The translations under genes were made by a program, and so were the position numbers. From NCBI GenBank assembly GCA_963662295.1, contig OY759346.1, forward strand, positions 1,299,542 through 1,363,541: a stretch of 64,000 nt of DNA, in the 5' to 3' direction. The notes below the pieces were generated by a model. The model saw only the letters and a list, made by a program, of their open reading frames with translations, searched no databases and was not told the origin of the DNA. Shown piece after piece: positions 11,838-22,041 of the stretch. Source of the stretch: Trueperaceae bacterium. Its GTDB lineage: Bacteria > Deinococcota > Deinococci > Deinococcales > Trueperaceae. Numbering within the stretch: the first letter of the stretch is position 1; every line of letters begins with the position of its first letter.

Positions 11838-12429
11838 CAGCCCTGCTCACTCCCCAGGGGTAGACGGCGAGCCGTCCACCGCGGTTATTCTCCACGGGCG
11901 CCCACTGCATTCGAAGGGCATCCACACTCGGCGTGAACACCAATCCGTCACTCAGTTGAAGCTCGAATCCTTCTGGTGAGAAGCTTACCACCTCGAGGGG
12001 GAAGCGCTTCAACATCGTCGCGAACTCGAGAGCTTCGATCACGCGCACAGGCCCCCAGCCCTCGAGCTGGACCAGCCGTTGGCGGCGTTCGAACGTTACG
12101 CCCGGTAAGACTGTACCATCGAATGCCCAGGTTGTCTCCCCGTCGGTCAGGGCTGGGATACGTTCGCGCACCGAGATCGAGACGTGGCTGGGCCAGGTCC
12201 GGACGACGGTGGCCTGGGCAACCCAAGGATCGCGTAGCAATCCGACGGCCGACGTGCGTGTGATCCACAGGAACGGGGTGCCGATATCGAGCCCTGCGAG
12301 CGCCATGATGTTCGCGCGGCTATAGTGCCCATGGCCGCTGATGTCGACAGCGGTCACCTTCGGATAGAAGCGGCTAGCGACGACCAGGGCGGCGGCGAAA
12401 ACCAGCAGGACAGCCAGCAGCCAGCGCAC
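11830..12429 (-). CDS. ftsQ: Cell division protein FtsQ/DivIB (short form, POTRA domain)
   Basis: N-terminal transmembrane helix plus POTRA-like region. Position between murB and ftsA. Confidence 0.7.
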   Translation of the reverse strand: MRWLLAVLLVFAAALVVASRFYPKVTAVDISGHGHYSRANIMALAGLDIGTPFLWITRTSAVGLLRDPWVAQATVVRTWPSHVSISVRERIPALTDGETTWAFDGTVLPGVTFERRQRLVQLEGWGPVRVIEALEFATMLKRFPLEVVSFSPEGFELQLSDGLVFTPSVDALRMQWAPVENNRGGRLAVYPWGVSRADD

Positions 12430-13266
12430 TCAGAATCCCCACAGGTGCCACTCGAGCTCGAGCGAAACCGGAACGCGTTCGCGAATTTGTGCTACCAGCG
12501 TCATGACGTCGCTCGCCGTCGCCTGCCCCAGGTTGACGATGAAGTTGCCGTGTTCGTGCGAAACCATGGCGTTGCCCACCCGCATGCCCTTGAGCCCGGC
12601 CTCGTCGATGATCCTGCCGGCGCTGTCGCCAGGTGGGTTCTTGAAGGCGCACCCTGCGGACGTGATCTTCGGCTGACCGTCGCGGGCGGTGTCCACGGAC
12701 TGCATCGCTTCGGCTACCCGCTCCGGGGTAGAGTCGCCCAGCCGTAGTCTGGCGCGAACGATGATGGCGTCGGCAGGCAGGCGCGTACGCCGGTAGCCAG
12801 GCCTAAGGTCTGCCATCGAAACGCGAACCAGCTCGCCATCCACGAACAGCTCCACCTCGTCAACCACCTCGGCGATGCTGCCAAAGCGGGTGCCGGCGTT
12901 CATGGCTATCGCCCCACCCAGCACCGCTGGGATGCCCAGCAGTCCTTCGAGCCCGGACAGTCCAAAGCGTTGGGCCCGGCGGACCAGTCCCGGCAGGGGG
13001 GTGGCGGCACCTAGCCAGCCTTTGGGGTCGACCCGAAAGTCGTCGAGATCGTTGTAGCGCGGGCCCAAACGAATCACCCGGCGGTCCACGCCGCGGTCGG
13101 CTACCAGCAGGTTCGAGCCGGCCCCTAAAACCAGGAACGGTGCCGCGGTGGCCTCCGCAAGGTCCGCGCTGCTGGCGGCCAGCCACACCTCTGCCGGCCC
13201 GCCCACATGCAGGGTGGTCAGCGACGCGAGCGGCATCGACGAGGCCACGGACTCAGCCTGCGACAT
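12430..13266 (-). CDS. murB: UDP-N-acetylenolpyruvoylglucosamine reductase
   Basis: FAD-binding MurB signature (LHVGGPAEV, GAGSNLL). Confidence 0.9.
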   Translation of the reverse strand: MSQAESVASSMPLASLTTLHVGGPAEVWLAASSADLAEATAAPFLVLGAGSNLLVADRGVDRRVIRLGPRYNDLDDFRVDPKGWLGAATPLPGLVRRAQRFGLSGLEGLLGIPAVLGGAIAMNAGTRFGSIAEVVDEVELFVDGELVRVSMADLRPGYRRTRLPADAIIVRARLRLGDSTPERVAEAMQSVDTARDGQPKITSAGCAFKNPPGDSAGRIIDEAGLKGMRVGNAMVSHEHGNFIVNLGQATASDVMTLVAQIRERVPVSLELEWHLWGF

Positions 13267-14641
13267 CGCCGCCCTTCCCAGCCAAGCTCGCGGCGACGCG
13301 CCACACGTCCCCGGCGCCCAGGGTGATGATCAGGTCGCCGGCGGCTAACGATTGGGCGAGGTAGGCCTCGGCCGAACGATGGTCGTGCCTGCTCGCCGTT
13401 TTGCCCGATGCCAGCAGCCGGTCGACGATCAGGCTCGGCGATATTCCGGGGATGGCGTCCTCGCCGGCGCCGTAGATATCGAGCACCAGGATCTCGTCTG
13501 CCATCGCCGCCGCATCGGCCAGGGCCGGCCAGTGCCGGGCGGTGCGAACCCACCGGTGCGGTTGCAGCACCGCCCGAACCCTTCTGCCGGTGCCCTTGGC
13601 CGCTGTTAGGGTAGCGGCCACTTCGGTGGGATGATGGGCGTAATCGTCGATGATCAGGACGTCGTTGACGGTGCCCCAGTGCTCCCAACGGCGCCCGACC
13701 CCGGTGAAGCGCGCCAGGGCCTCGAGACCGCCGCCTGGCTCGAGACCGGTCAGGTAGGTAGCCGCGATGGCGGCAGCTGCGTTGCGGATGTTGTGCTCGC
13801 CGGGGATGGCCAGCCGGACGGCGAGGCTCTCGCCTCCGGGCAGAACGAGCCTGAAACGACTGCCAGTACCCTCCAAAGAGATGGCCTCGATCCGGAAGGT
13901 GGCCTCGCCGGCCGTGCCGTAGGACCAGCAGTTCGGGACCCCTTCGAGCACCTCGTTCAGGCCCGGCCAGTCGGCGCAGTAGAGCACCTGGTCGGAGGCT
14001 GCGGCGTAGGCCCGGGTGGCGCGCTGCAGGTCAGCGAGGGTGGCGTGGTAGTTGCGGCGTTCGGAAAACCCACCGGCGATATGGTCGTCCTCGAGGTTGG
14101 TGATGACCGCCAGCGAGGCCTCGAGGTTGGCGAAGCCGGGATCTGATTCGTCGACTTCGGCGATCAGGTGCGGGCCGAGGCCGTAGCGCATGTTGCTGCC
14201 CAGCTCGGGCAGCACGGCCCCGATCTGAATCGAGGGGTCGTCGCACAGTTCGAGAAACAGGCAGGCGGCCATGCCGGTGGTGGTGCTCTTGCCGTGCGTG
14301 CCGGTGATCCCGATCGCTTGGCGTTTGGCGAACAGGTCGGCCAGCAGATCGATCCGTTTGATGGCCTTGATCCCCTGCTCGTCGGCAGCCAGGATCTCCT
14401 CAAAGCTGTTGGCGACGCGCGTGTTGGGTACGGCCATGCTGCTCACCAGTATGTCGACGCCTTCGACGTGACCGGGGTGGTGCCCCACATCGACGACGAT
14501 TCCTGCCGCCCTGAGGGTATCGAGATGGGATGAGGAGGCCGCGTCGCAGCCGCTGACGGGGTAGCCGTCCGCGCGATACCAACCGGCCAGCCCGCTCATG
14601 CCGATACCGCCAATTCCCATGAAGTGAAGGTGCGGTTTCAT
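13253..14641 (-). CDS. murC: UDP-N-acetylmuramate--L-alanine ligase
   Basis: MKPHLHFMGIGGIGMSGLA N-terminus and Mur ligase domains. Confidence 0.9.
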   Translation of the reverse strand: MKPHLHFMGIGGIGMSGLAGWYRADGYPVSGCDAASSSHLDTLRAAGIVVDVGHHPGHVEGVDILVSSMAVPNTRVANSFEEILAADEQGIKAIKRIDLLADLFAKRQAIGITGTHGKSTTTGMAACLFLELCDDPSIQIGAVLPELGSNMRYGLGPHLIAEVDESDPGFANLEASLAVITNLEDDHIAGGFSERRNYHATLADLQRATRAYAAASDQVLYCADWPGLNEVLEGVPNCWSYGTAGEATFRIEAISLEGTGSRFRLVLPGGESLAVRLAIPGEHNIRNAAAAIAATYLTGLEPGGGLEALARFTGVGRRWEHWGTVNDVLIIDDYAHHPTEVAATLTAAKGTGRRVRAVLQPHRWVRTARHWPALADAAAMADEILVLDIYGAGEDAIPGISPSLIVDRLLASGKTASRHDHRSAEAYLAQSLAAGDLIITLGAGDVWRVAASLAGKGGDVAG

Positions 14642-15738
14642 GCCGGCACCCGGTCGGGTCCGCCGGCTGCCGACGTTAGCTCCGATTCGAGATGGTCTAC
14701 GACGGTCGCCGCGGCGCCGGGTGTGGCGCGGACTCGGGCCGCTCGTGACGCGGGCTCCCGTTCACCGTCGTCGAGGAGGTGGTGCCACGCCGCTGTCAGC
14801 CCACTGGGGTCGTCTTGGTCTACCAGGTACCCGGCGCCGCTGGCGGCCACCGCCGCGGCGTTGTGGCGCTGGTGGTCTTCGGCAGAGGTTGGCAGCGGCA
14901 CGGCGATAACCGGGACGCCGTGCCAGGCAGCCTCGGCCAAGGTACTGAAGCCGGCCCGGGTAATGGCGAGATCTGCCGCTGACCACGCCACGGTAGCATC
15001 GACGAAATCGACCGCATGGTAGTCGGTTATCCCTTCAACCCTGTGCCGGACCTCCTCGAGCCAGCGGCTTCCTGTGCTGTGCAGCACGACGTGCCGCCCT
15101 GGTGCGGCGATGTCGGAATAGACGTTTGGTAGCAGCCGGTTTAGCGCCAGCGAACCTTGGGATCCGCCCATGACGAGCGTTACGACGGCATCCTCGGGCA
15201 GGCCCAAACGGCGTCTGGCCTCCGCGCGCGGCACCCGCGTCTCGCGCACCGGGAAGCCGACCCGGGCAATCCTTCTGGCACGGCCCAGATACCGCTCTGC
15301 GGGCGCTTGGGTAACCAGCACCAGCCGTGCGCGACCTGCGAACCAGCGGACCACCCGGCCCGGGAAGGCGTTGCCTTCGTACAGGAACAGTGGCAGGCCC
15401 AACAGCGACGCCGCAAAGCAGCCCGGAAAGCTGGCGAAGCCGCCGAAGCCGACCACCGCATCAGGCCTGTTTCGAGCTGCCCAGCGGGACGCTTCGGCCG
15501 TGCCGCCGATGGCAGCCAGGGCCTGCATAGGACTCGGTCGTTGGCGGTCCCACTTGCCCGCGGCAACACCGACGAACGGCAGCCCCGCTTCGGCCGCCGC
15601 CGCCTGCTCCAGACCGCCTCGCTGGCCGAGGAAGGTGACCGCGAAACCGCGGTCACGAGCGGCTGTAGCGACGGCCAGGGCCGGGTAGATATGCCCGCCG
15701 GTACCGCCCGAGGCCACGGCGAGTCTCTTTGAGTTCAC
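14638..15738 (-). CDS. murG: Undecaprenyl-PP-MurNAc-pentapeptide GlcNAc transferase
   Basis: GGTGGHIYPALAVA motif, GT28 family. Confidence 0.9.
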   Translation of the reverse strand: MNSKRLAVASGGTGGHIYPALAVATAARDRGFAVTFLGQRGGLEQAAAAEAGLPFVGVAAGKWDRQRPSPMQALAAIGGTAEASRWAARNRPDAVVGFGGFASFPGCFAASLLGLPLFLYEGNAFPGRVVRWFAGRARLVLVTQAPAERYLGRARRIARVGFPVRETRVPRAEARRRLGLPEDAVVTLVMGGSQGSLALNRLLPNVYSDIAAPGRHVVLHSTGSRWLEEVRHRVEGITDYHAVDFVDATVAWSAADLAITRAGFSTLAEAAWHGVPVIAVPLPTSAEDHQRHNAAAVAASGAGYLVDQDDPSGLTAAWHHLLDDGEREPASRAARVRATPGAAATVVDHLESELTSAAGGPDRVPA

Positions 15739-16781
15739 AGCTTCACCCCCGCTGCGCGCGCCTCTCGGTAGCTGGCGTGAATGAAGCCCATGGCGATCGA
15801 TACCGACACCAGGCTATTGAGACCGACGCTGACCATCGGCAGCGGAATGCCGGTAATGGGGAACAGTCCGGCGGCCACCAAGAGGTTCAGGGCGGCCTGC
15901 CCGCAGATGTAGGTTGTCGCGCCGGCCGCCAGCAGGCTGGCGGGTCCTGTTCGCGAGGTGGCGATGCGGAGACCGCGTCCGGCGATGACCAGAAACAGCG
16001 CCACCAGGGTACCGATTCCGATCAGCCCCGCGGCCTGGCCGATCGAGACGGCGATCAGATCGGTCTCGTCCTCGGGCACCTCGAAGGGGCGGCCGGGGCC
16101 GACGCCAAACAGGCCGGCTCGCTGCAGCGCCTGCCGGGCTCTGTCGGCCTGGTAGCCGATGGATTCGGTCTGTTCCTGGGATCCCTTGGAGTCCAGGAAG
16201 CCGACGATCCGGTCCTTGACGTAGGGCAGCTGACTGACGTAGGGTCCCGCCACCAAGATGGCGATCAGGGCGGCGGCGGTGCTGATGCTGAGCAGCCGGG
16301 TGATGGTGGTCCCGGCCGCCAGCATGATGGCGAACGCGAGTGCAAAGATGAACAGGGCGGTGCTCACATCCGGTTCGGCGACGATCAGTCCCGCCGCGGC
16401 GCCGATGACGAGCATGGGCCGCCAAATCTGCCAATTGCCGAGGTGGTTGTGGAAGAACGCGGCCAGATAGGCGATGACGGTAACCTTCATGAGCTCCGAA
16501 GGCTGGATCGTGATGTTGCCGATGAGCAGCCATCGTCTGCTGACGCCCGAGGCGATCCCGACGATCAGAACGATAAGGAGTAGGCCGACCACCAGGGCGT
16601 AGGCGTAGGGACTGGCCTTGATCACCCGCTTCGCCGGTACCCTCGACACCACGTAGGTGATGCCGATCGCCCCCGCTAGCCGGAAGCCGTGCTGGACCAG
16701 CTCGGAGGGTTCCGCCGAGGCCACACCTAATAGTCCCAAGGCTGCGAGCATGATCTGGACGGTCAGCAACAGGGGGTCCAC
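15735..16781 (-). CDS. ftsW: Peptidoglycan glycosyltransferase FtsW (SEDS family)
   Basis: Multi-pass membrane protein with SEDS motifs, located between murD and murG. Confidence 0.9.
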   Translation of the reverse strand: MDPLLLTVQIMLAALGLLGVASAEPSELVQHGFRLAGAIGITYVVSRVPAKRVIKASPYAYALVVGLLLIVLIVGIASGVSRRWLLIGNITIQPSELMKVTVIAYLAAFFHNHLGNWQIWRPMLVIGAAAGLIVAEPDVSTALFIFALAFAIMLAAGTTITRLLSISTAAALIAILVAGPYVSQLPYVKDRIVGFLDSKGSQEQTESIGYQADRARQALQRAGLFGVGPGRPFEVPEDETDLIAVSIGQAAGLIGIGTLVALFLVIAGRGLRIATSRTGPASLLAAGATTYICGQAALNLLVAAGLFPITGIPLPMVSVGLNSLVSVSIAMGFIHASYREARAAGVKL

Positions 16782-18103
16782 GCGGCCTCCAAAGCGTTCA
16801 CCGCGGACTCGAAAACCCTGCCGCGGTGCCGGTAGTCGTCAAATTGGTCGAACGATGCGCCGAGGGGAGCCAGCAGTACCGTTCCGCGGCTATCTCGCGA
16901 GCCTTGCAAAAACGCGAAACCTTCGCGTACAGCGGTCTGCATGGCGGATTCACCGTCGGTCTCCGTCACCAGCAGCGTGTCGGTCCAGTGCGAGACGGCG
17001 GCCGCAAAACTCGGACCGGCCTCGCCGATGCCGATCATGAGCCCAACCTTGCTCCTGATTAGCGGCTCGAGGCTTTCGAAGTCGGCGCCCTTGTCGATGC
17101 CTCCAGCGATCCACACCACAGGTGCTGTTGCGGCCTGCAGCGCAGCTTCCACCGACAGCCCGCGGGTGGCGATGGAGTCGTCGACGAAGGCGATCGTGTC
17201 GATGGTGGCGACCTGTACGTAGCGGCCCGGCAGGCCCGCAAAGTCTTTGAGGCCGGCGCTGATGGTGGCTGTGGGTAGCCCCATCTCGAAGGCGACGAGG
17301 GCCGCCGCGAGCGCGTTGGCGAGGTGGTGCTCGCCCCTCAGGCCGAGGTCGTCTCGATGGGTGAGCGCGCTGCCGTTAAGCATCAGCCGGCCGTCCGGGC
17401 GGAGCCAGGCATCCGCAGGTTTGGTGGTCGAGAAACCCCGGCTACGCGCCTCGGACTCGTGAGCCCAGATCGAGAGTAGGGGCTCGTCGGCGCCGAACAC
17501 GAACAGATCTTCGGGTGTCAGGTTGGCGAGCAGGCTCCGTTTGGCTGCGTGGTAGCTTTCGACGCTGCCGTGCCGGTCGAGATGATCGCTGCCCAGGTTG
17601 AGGATGGCGGCGATTGCGGGTCGGAAGCTGGGGCAGCGCTCGAGCTGAAACGAGCTCAGCTCCACGACCATCGTCACCTGCGGCCGCGCGACCGCTGCGA
17701 GCGCCGGGTCGAGGTTGCCGCCGGCAACCGCGTCGCTGCCGGCGCCCTGCAGCAGGTGGTGAATCCAGCTGGTGGTGGTTCCCTTCCCGGCGGTGCCGGT
17801 AACCCCGATAAAGGTTCCGGGGACCGTCCGGAATACCCACTCGACCTCGCCGATGGTCTCCACGCCGCGAGCGCGCAAGGCGCGCAGCTCCGGGTGATCG
17901 ATCGGTACCCCAGGCGCTGCGATGCAGATATCTACCTCGGCGCCCGCTACCGTTTGGATCCGCTCGATTCCGAGGGCCGCCGTGGCTCGGACGTCGTCAC
18001 CGGTCTCTCGGCGGTCGAAGAAGCTGACCCGGTGGCCCTGGCGCGAGCACAGTGCCGCCACCGCGCTGCCGCTCCGTCCGAGACCGAACACCAGGACGTT
18101 CAC
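16763..18103 (-). CDS. murD: UDP-N-acetylmuramoylalanine--D-glutamate ligase
   Basis: Mur ligase domains (GVTGTAGKGTTTS). Confidence 0.9.
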   Translation of the reverse strand: MNVLVFGLGRSGSAVAALCSRQGHRVSFFDRRETGDDVRATAALGIERIQTVAGAEVDICIAAPGVPIDHPELRALRARGVETIGEVEWVFRTVPGTFIGVTGTAGKGTTTSWIHHLLQGAGSDAVAGGNLDPALAAVARPQVTMVVELSSFQLERCPSFRPAIAAILNLGSDHLDRHGSVESYHAAKRSLLANLTPEDLFVFGADEPLLSIWAHESEARSRGFSTTKPADAWLRPDGRLMLNGSALTHRDDLGLRGEHHLANALAAALVAFEMGLPTATISAGLKDFAGLPGRYVQVATIDTIAFVDDSIATRGLSVEAALQAATAPVVWIAGGIDKGADFESLEPLIRSKVGLMIGIGEAGPSFAAAVSHWTDTLLVTETDGESAMQTAVREGFAFLQGSRDSRGTVLLAPLGASFDQFDDYRHRGRVFESAVNALEAAWTPCC

Positions 18104-19008
18104 GACCTACCTAACAGGACCCACACCAGGCCCACGCAGACTGCGGTTACGAGCCAGAACCGCATCACGACCTGGACTTCGGTCCAGCCACCGAGCTCGA
18201 AGTGGTGGTGGATTGGGCTCATTCGAAAGAGCCGTTTGCCGCCGCTGATTCGGAAATACCCGACCTGGCTGATGACCGACAGCACCTCCACCACTGGGAC
18301 CAAGGCGATCAGCGGCAGCCACCACATCAGACCCGACATCACCGCCAGCCCGGCCACCGCGGCGCCGAGGGCTTCGGAGCCGGCGCCGCCCATGAATACG
18401 CGGGCAGGGTTGGCGTTGTACCAGAGAAAGCCGATCAGGGCCCCGATGAGGGCCGCTGCGAACGGGATCGCTACAAACAGCAGCAGCATGATGACGGCCA
18501 TGCCTGCCGCCAGCCCGTCGAGACCGTCGCTGATGTTGAGGGCGTTTATGCTTCCCACGACCACCAGCGTGACCAGGAACAGATCCACAAGGTAGCTGCC
18601 GACGGGTCCATGGCCGCTGCCGACAGCGTAGAACGCGAAGGCGAGGGCAACGATCGCTTGGGCGAGAAGCCGGTACCGCGCCAGCAGTCCGGTGGTGGCG
18701 TCATACTTGTCGGTGCCCCGTAGCCTCTTGCGGCGCAGCGCCGCGATATCGTCGGCCAGTCCGAGCGCGCCTGCGGCCAGGGTCAGGGCGACTACCGCCA
18801 GGCCTTCGGGTGTGGCATTGCCGGTGGCCAGCCATACCAGCACGGCCGCCAGCAGCAGGCCCACGCCTCCCATGGTCGGGGTGCCCGCCTTTGCGAGATG
18901 GCTGGCCGGTCCGTCGCGGCGTTCGCTCTTCCCCCACCTCTGGCGCTGGGCGAGCTTGATGAAGGCGCCTGTTAACACCAGCGACAGCGCCGCGCTGAGA
19001 GCGATCAT
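18100..19008 (-). CDS. mraY: Phospho-N-acetylmuramoyl-pentapeptide transferase
   Basis: Ten transmembrane segments with conserved DD..D/HHH motifs (DDIAAL, NISDGLDGLAAG, PIHHHFE). Confidence 0.95.
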   Translation of the reverse strand: MIALSAALSLVLTGAFIKLAQRQRWGKSERRDGPASHLAKAGTPTMGGVGLLLAAVLVWLATGNATPEGLAVVALTLAAGALGLADDIAALRRKRLRGTDKYDATTGLLARYRLLAQAIVALAFAFYAVGSGHGPVGSYLVDLFLVTLVVVGSINALNISDGLDGLAAGMAVIMLLLFVAIPFAAALIGALIGFLWYNANPARVFMGGAGSEALGAAVAGLAVMSGLMWWLPLIALVPVVEVLSVISQVGYFRISGGKRLFRMSPIHHHFELGGWTEVQVVMRFWLVTAVCVGLVWVLLGRS

Positions 19009-20324
19009 GGCTGCCTTACCGGGCTGCGAAAGATCGCTACCAGACGCTCGAACGCCATGCCCCGGGAGGCCTTGAACAGCACCGCGCCGCTGCGCGAGAG
19101 GTCGCCGACAGCCGCTTCTGCTGCTGCTGTCGTGGGGTAGTATTCGGCCTCGGCGTTGCCGCCTAGTAGCGCCTCCGCCTCTGCTCCAACAGCCATCACG
19201 CGATCGATGCCGAGCGTTGCCGAGCCCAGCGTGCGATGCATCTCCCGACTCGCTGGGCCCAGCTCGAGCATGTCCCCGATCACGGCCACGTGCGGGCGCG
19301 GAAGCTCACGCAGCACCTCGAGCGCCTCCAGGGCGGAGGCGGGGTTGCTGTTGTAACTGTCGTCGACTAGATAGGCCGCCCCTACCATCTCGACTGACAG
19401 ACGGCCGGCTTCGAGCTGCGCCCCCTGCAGCCGGGCCGCCGCCACCTCGGGGTCGAGTCCCAGTTCGGAGGCCAGCAGCAGCGCCGCCGTGGCGTTGGCC
19501 GCCATGCCCCGTCCGGGAACGGGCAGGCGGCACGCCACCGACCCGTAGGCGAGTCGCTGGCCACCAGGATAGGTCTCGAGTACCGACGACGTATGGTCGG
19601 CCTTTTCTGGGGCCACAGCGTAGCTTTCCACGGTCGCGGCCATGTCGGGCGGCAGCCAGCGGCTAGCCTGGGCGCTGGCGAAGCGCCGGTCGGCAGCTGC
19701 CAGCAGTTCGGCCTTCTCGCTGCCTACCTGGGCCACGTCGCCGAGGGTCTCCAGATGGCTGGCACTCACCAGGGTGACGAAGGCGTGGCTGGGGCGTACC
19801 AAGGCGGCCAGTTCGAGCATCTCGCCGGGCCGGTCGATGCCGACTTCGAGCACCAGTGGGCGCTCCGGTCGATCGTCGAGAAAGGCATCGATCAGGCTGC
19901 ATGCCAGCGGGTATGGGGTGTTGAAATTCCCCGCGGTGGAACGGGCGTCCACCGCCGCTGCCATCATGGTCTTGGTGCTGGTCTTGCCGGCCGAGCCGGT
20001 CACCGCCACGACGGGTCCTGAGAGCCTGTCTCGAGCGTGTCGTGCGAGCCCCAGTAGCGCCCCTGCGGGATCTGCTACCTGGATGCCCATGGGATGGGGC
20101 CGGTCGGAAACCACCACCGCAGCTCCTTTGGCGAACGCCTGGTCGGCGAAATCGTGTCCGTGGTGCCGATCGCCAGGTAGGGCGAAGAAAGCGTCTCCCG
20201 GCCTCACCCGGCCGCTGTGGAACGAGGCTCCACGGATGGGGCGGCCCGCGACGTGAGCGGTGCCTCCACTCAGGGCCGCGATGTCGTCGCTGGTCAGACC
20301 TTCCACGGCCTCCCTCGTATACAT
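19005..20324 (-). CDS. murF: UDP-MurNAc-tripeptide--D-alanyl-D-alanine ligase
   Basis: MurF-type N-terminus (RPGDAFFALPGDRHHGHDFADQA) and GSAGKTSTK P-loop. Lies directly downstream of ftsI with no murE between. Confidence 0.85.
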   Translation of the reverse strand: MYTREAVEGLTSDDIAALSGGTAHVAGRPIRGASFHSGRVRPGDAFFALPGDRHHGHDFADQAFAKGAAVVVSDRPHPMGIQVADPAGALLGLARHARDRLSGPVVAVTGSAGKTSTKTMMAAAVDARSTAGNFNTPYPLACSLIDAFLDDRPERPLVLEVGIDRPGEMLELAALVRPSHAFVTLVSASHLETLGDVAQVGSEKAELLAAADRRFASAQASRWLPPDMAATVESYAVAPEKADHTSSVLETYPGGQRLAYGSVACRLPVPGRGMAANATAALLLASELGLDPEVAAARLQGAQLEAGRLSVEMVGAAYLVDDSYNSNPASALEALEVLRELPRPHVAVIGDMLELGPASREMHRTLGSATLGIDRVMAVGAEAEALLGGNAEAEYYPTTAAAEAAVGDLSRSGAVLFKASRGMAFERLVAIFRSPVRQP

Positions 20325-20356
20325 ACTTTACACATCATACACATAATAGGTCAGTG

Positions 20357-21730
20357 TCACGGTTGCTCCTGCTCCTGAGGCTGGGGTACAAGGTCCCAGT
20401 GGGCTACGATGTCGGTGCCGATCGCCTGGAATAGCGGGGCTGCCACGTAGGTGCTGGTGCTGCCCTCTCTGGGCCGGTGGAGGGTGACGATCATGGTGAT
20501 TCGCGGCTGCTCTGCCGGAATGATGCCGGCGAAACTTAGGGTGTACTGCCCCTCGACGTAGGCGCCCGCCTCGCCGTCGAAGACGTCGGCGGTGCCGGTC
20601 TTACCGGCCATCGAAACCCCTGGAATGCTGGCGCCCCGGAGGCCACTCGCTTCGACGGTATGGACCAGCATCTGGCGGATCGCCAGCGCAACTTCGGGCA
20701 TGAGCACCCTGAAGCTCGTTGCCGGGACGTCAGACTCCGTGAGGACAGGGGAGACATAGACCCCGTCGTTGGCGAAGATACTGTAGGCCACGGCGAGTTG
20801 CAGCGCGGTGGTGGACACGTTCTGGCCTATGGTTACCGACGCCTGATCTTGCGGCACCCAGCGCTCCCAGGCGTTCAAAAGACCGGAGCTGGTGAAGGCC
20901 GACGGCAGGTACAGCTCCTGACCAAATCCGAAGCGCTGCAACCAGCCGTACAGCTCCCTCGCTGCGAAGCGTTCGGTGAGGTGCAGCATGGCGACGTTGC
21001 TCGAGTACCTCAGCACGTCGGGCACGCTCAGGATAGGCTCGTGCTGGGCTACGTCGCGGAAGGTCTTGTCGCCGACCCGCAGAGACATTTCGGCAGGAAC
21101 CATCTCATTTGGGTAGAGAAGCTCATCTTCGAGCAGTGCTGCCACCACGAAAGGCTTCATCACCGAGCCCGGCTCATAGGTCTGCAGGAACGCCTGGTTC
21201 TTGATGGCTTCGTAGGCGAAATCCTCCTGCCGGTTCGGGTCGTAGCTTGGGTAGTTGGCGGCCGCGAGTATCCTCCCGGAACCGACCTCTAGCACCACCA
21301 CCGAGCCGTTGACGGCCTCGTGGGTCAGCACAGCCTCGGCGAGGTGGCGTTCGGCCGAAGCCTGGATCACCGGATCGATGGTGATCCGGATGTCGTTGCC
21401 GCCGGTCATGGTGGCGTCGAAGGCGTACTCGAGCCCTTCGAGGCCGAAGCGCCCGTCGGGTTGGACGGCTCCGCTAAAACCGACCAGCTGGGCGGCGAGG
21501 CGACCTTGCGGATACGTTCGTGAGGCGACCGGGCCTTCGGCCAGAATGGTGCCGTCGAGCGCCACGATCCTGCCCCGGTGGATCGGTTCGGCCGGCAGTT
21601 CGGGCCACGCCGGCATCGAGCGCTGCTGCGACAGGAATCCGGCCAGCGCCGCGAGCAGCGGTAAGGCGATGGCGAACAGCAGCAGGTAGCGTCGCGCTAC
21701 CCGCAGTTCGGACGCGGCCTTCACCGCCAT
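20357..21730 (-). CDS. ftsI: Penicillin-binding protein (FtsI-like class B transpeptidase, short form)
   Basis: N-terminal signal anchor and transpeptidase motifs (SxxK region, SSN, KTGT). Confidence 0.85.
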   Translation of the reverse strand: MAVKAASELRVARRYLLLFAIALPLLAALAGFLSQQRSMPAWPELPAEPIHRGRIVALDGTILAEGPVASRTYPQGRLAAQLVGFSGAVQPDGRFGLEGLEYAFDATMTGGNDIRITIDPVIQASAERHLAEAVLTHEAVNGSVVVLEVGSGRILAAANYPSYDPNRQEDFAYEAIKNQAFLQTYEPGSVMKPFVVAALLEDELLYPNEMVPAEMSLRVGDKTFRDVAQHEPILSVPDVLRYSSNVAMLHLTERFAARELYGWLQRFGFGQELYLPSAFTSSGLLNAWERWVPQDQASVTIGQNVSTTALQLAVAYSIFANDGVYVSPVLTESDVPATSFRVLMPEVALAIRQMLVHTVEASGLRGASIPGVSMAGKTGTADVFDGEAGAYVEGQYTLSFAGIIPAEQPRITMIVTLHRPREGSTSTYVAAPLFQAIGTDIVAHWDLVPQPQEQEQP

Positions 21731-22041
21731 CGGGTCTCCACCTCCAGACCGCTGAGCAGGGGGGGCGAAACCGGACTCTGGATCGTGTCGATGTACACCA
21801 CGGCACCGTTTTCGGGCACCGCCACCATCCCCACCTCGCGGGCCCAGCCGGCGACGGCCTCGGGACCCCGAATGCCCTCGGCCCGACCTCGGAGCTGGCC
21901 GCTGGCGACTATAAGGTCATCTTTCGTGTCTAGCAGCGACGTGTAGCGGTCGAGGCGGTCCTGGTTCAGCGCCCCCATAGCTGACAAGGCGACCATGAAA
22001 ACGAGGTACAGCGCCACCGAGCGGCGCCCGATGCGGGTCAC
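21721..22041 (-). CDS. ftsL: Small septation protein (FtsL/DivIC-like membrane anchor plus coiled coil)
   Basis: 106 aa, one transmembrane helix (LYLVFMVALSAMGAL). Sits between rsmH and ftsI and overlaps the ftsI start. Confidence 0.5.
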   Translation of the reverse strand: MTRIGRRSVALYLVFMVALSAMGALNQDRLDRYTSLLDTKDDLIVASGQLRGRAEGIRGPEAVAGWAREVGMVAVPENGAVVYIDTIQSPVSPPLLSGLEVETRWR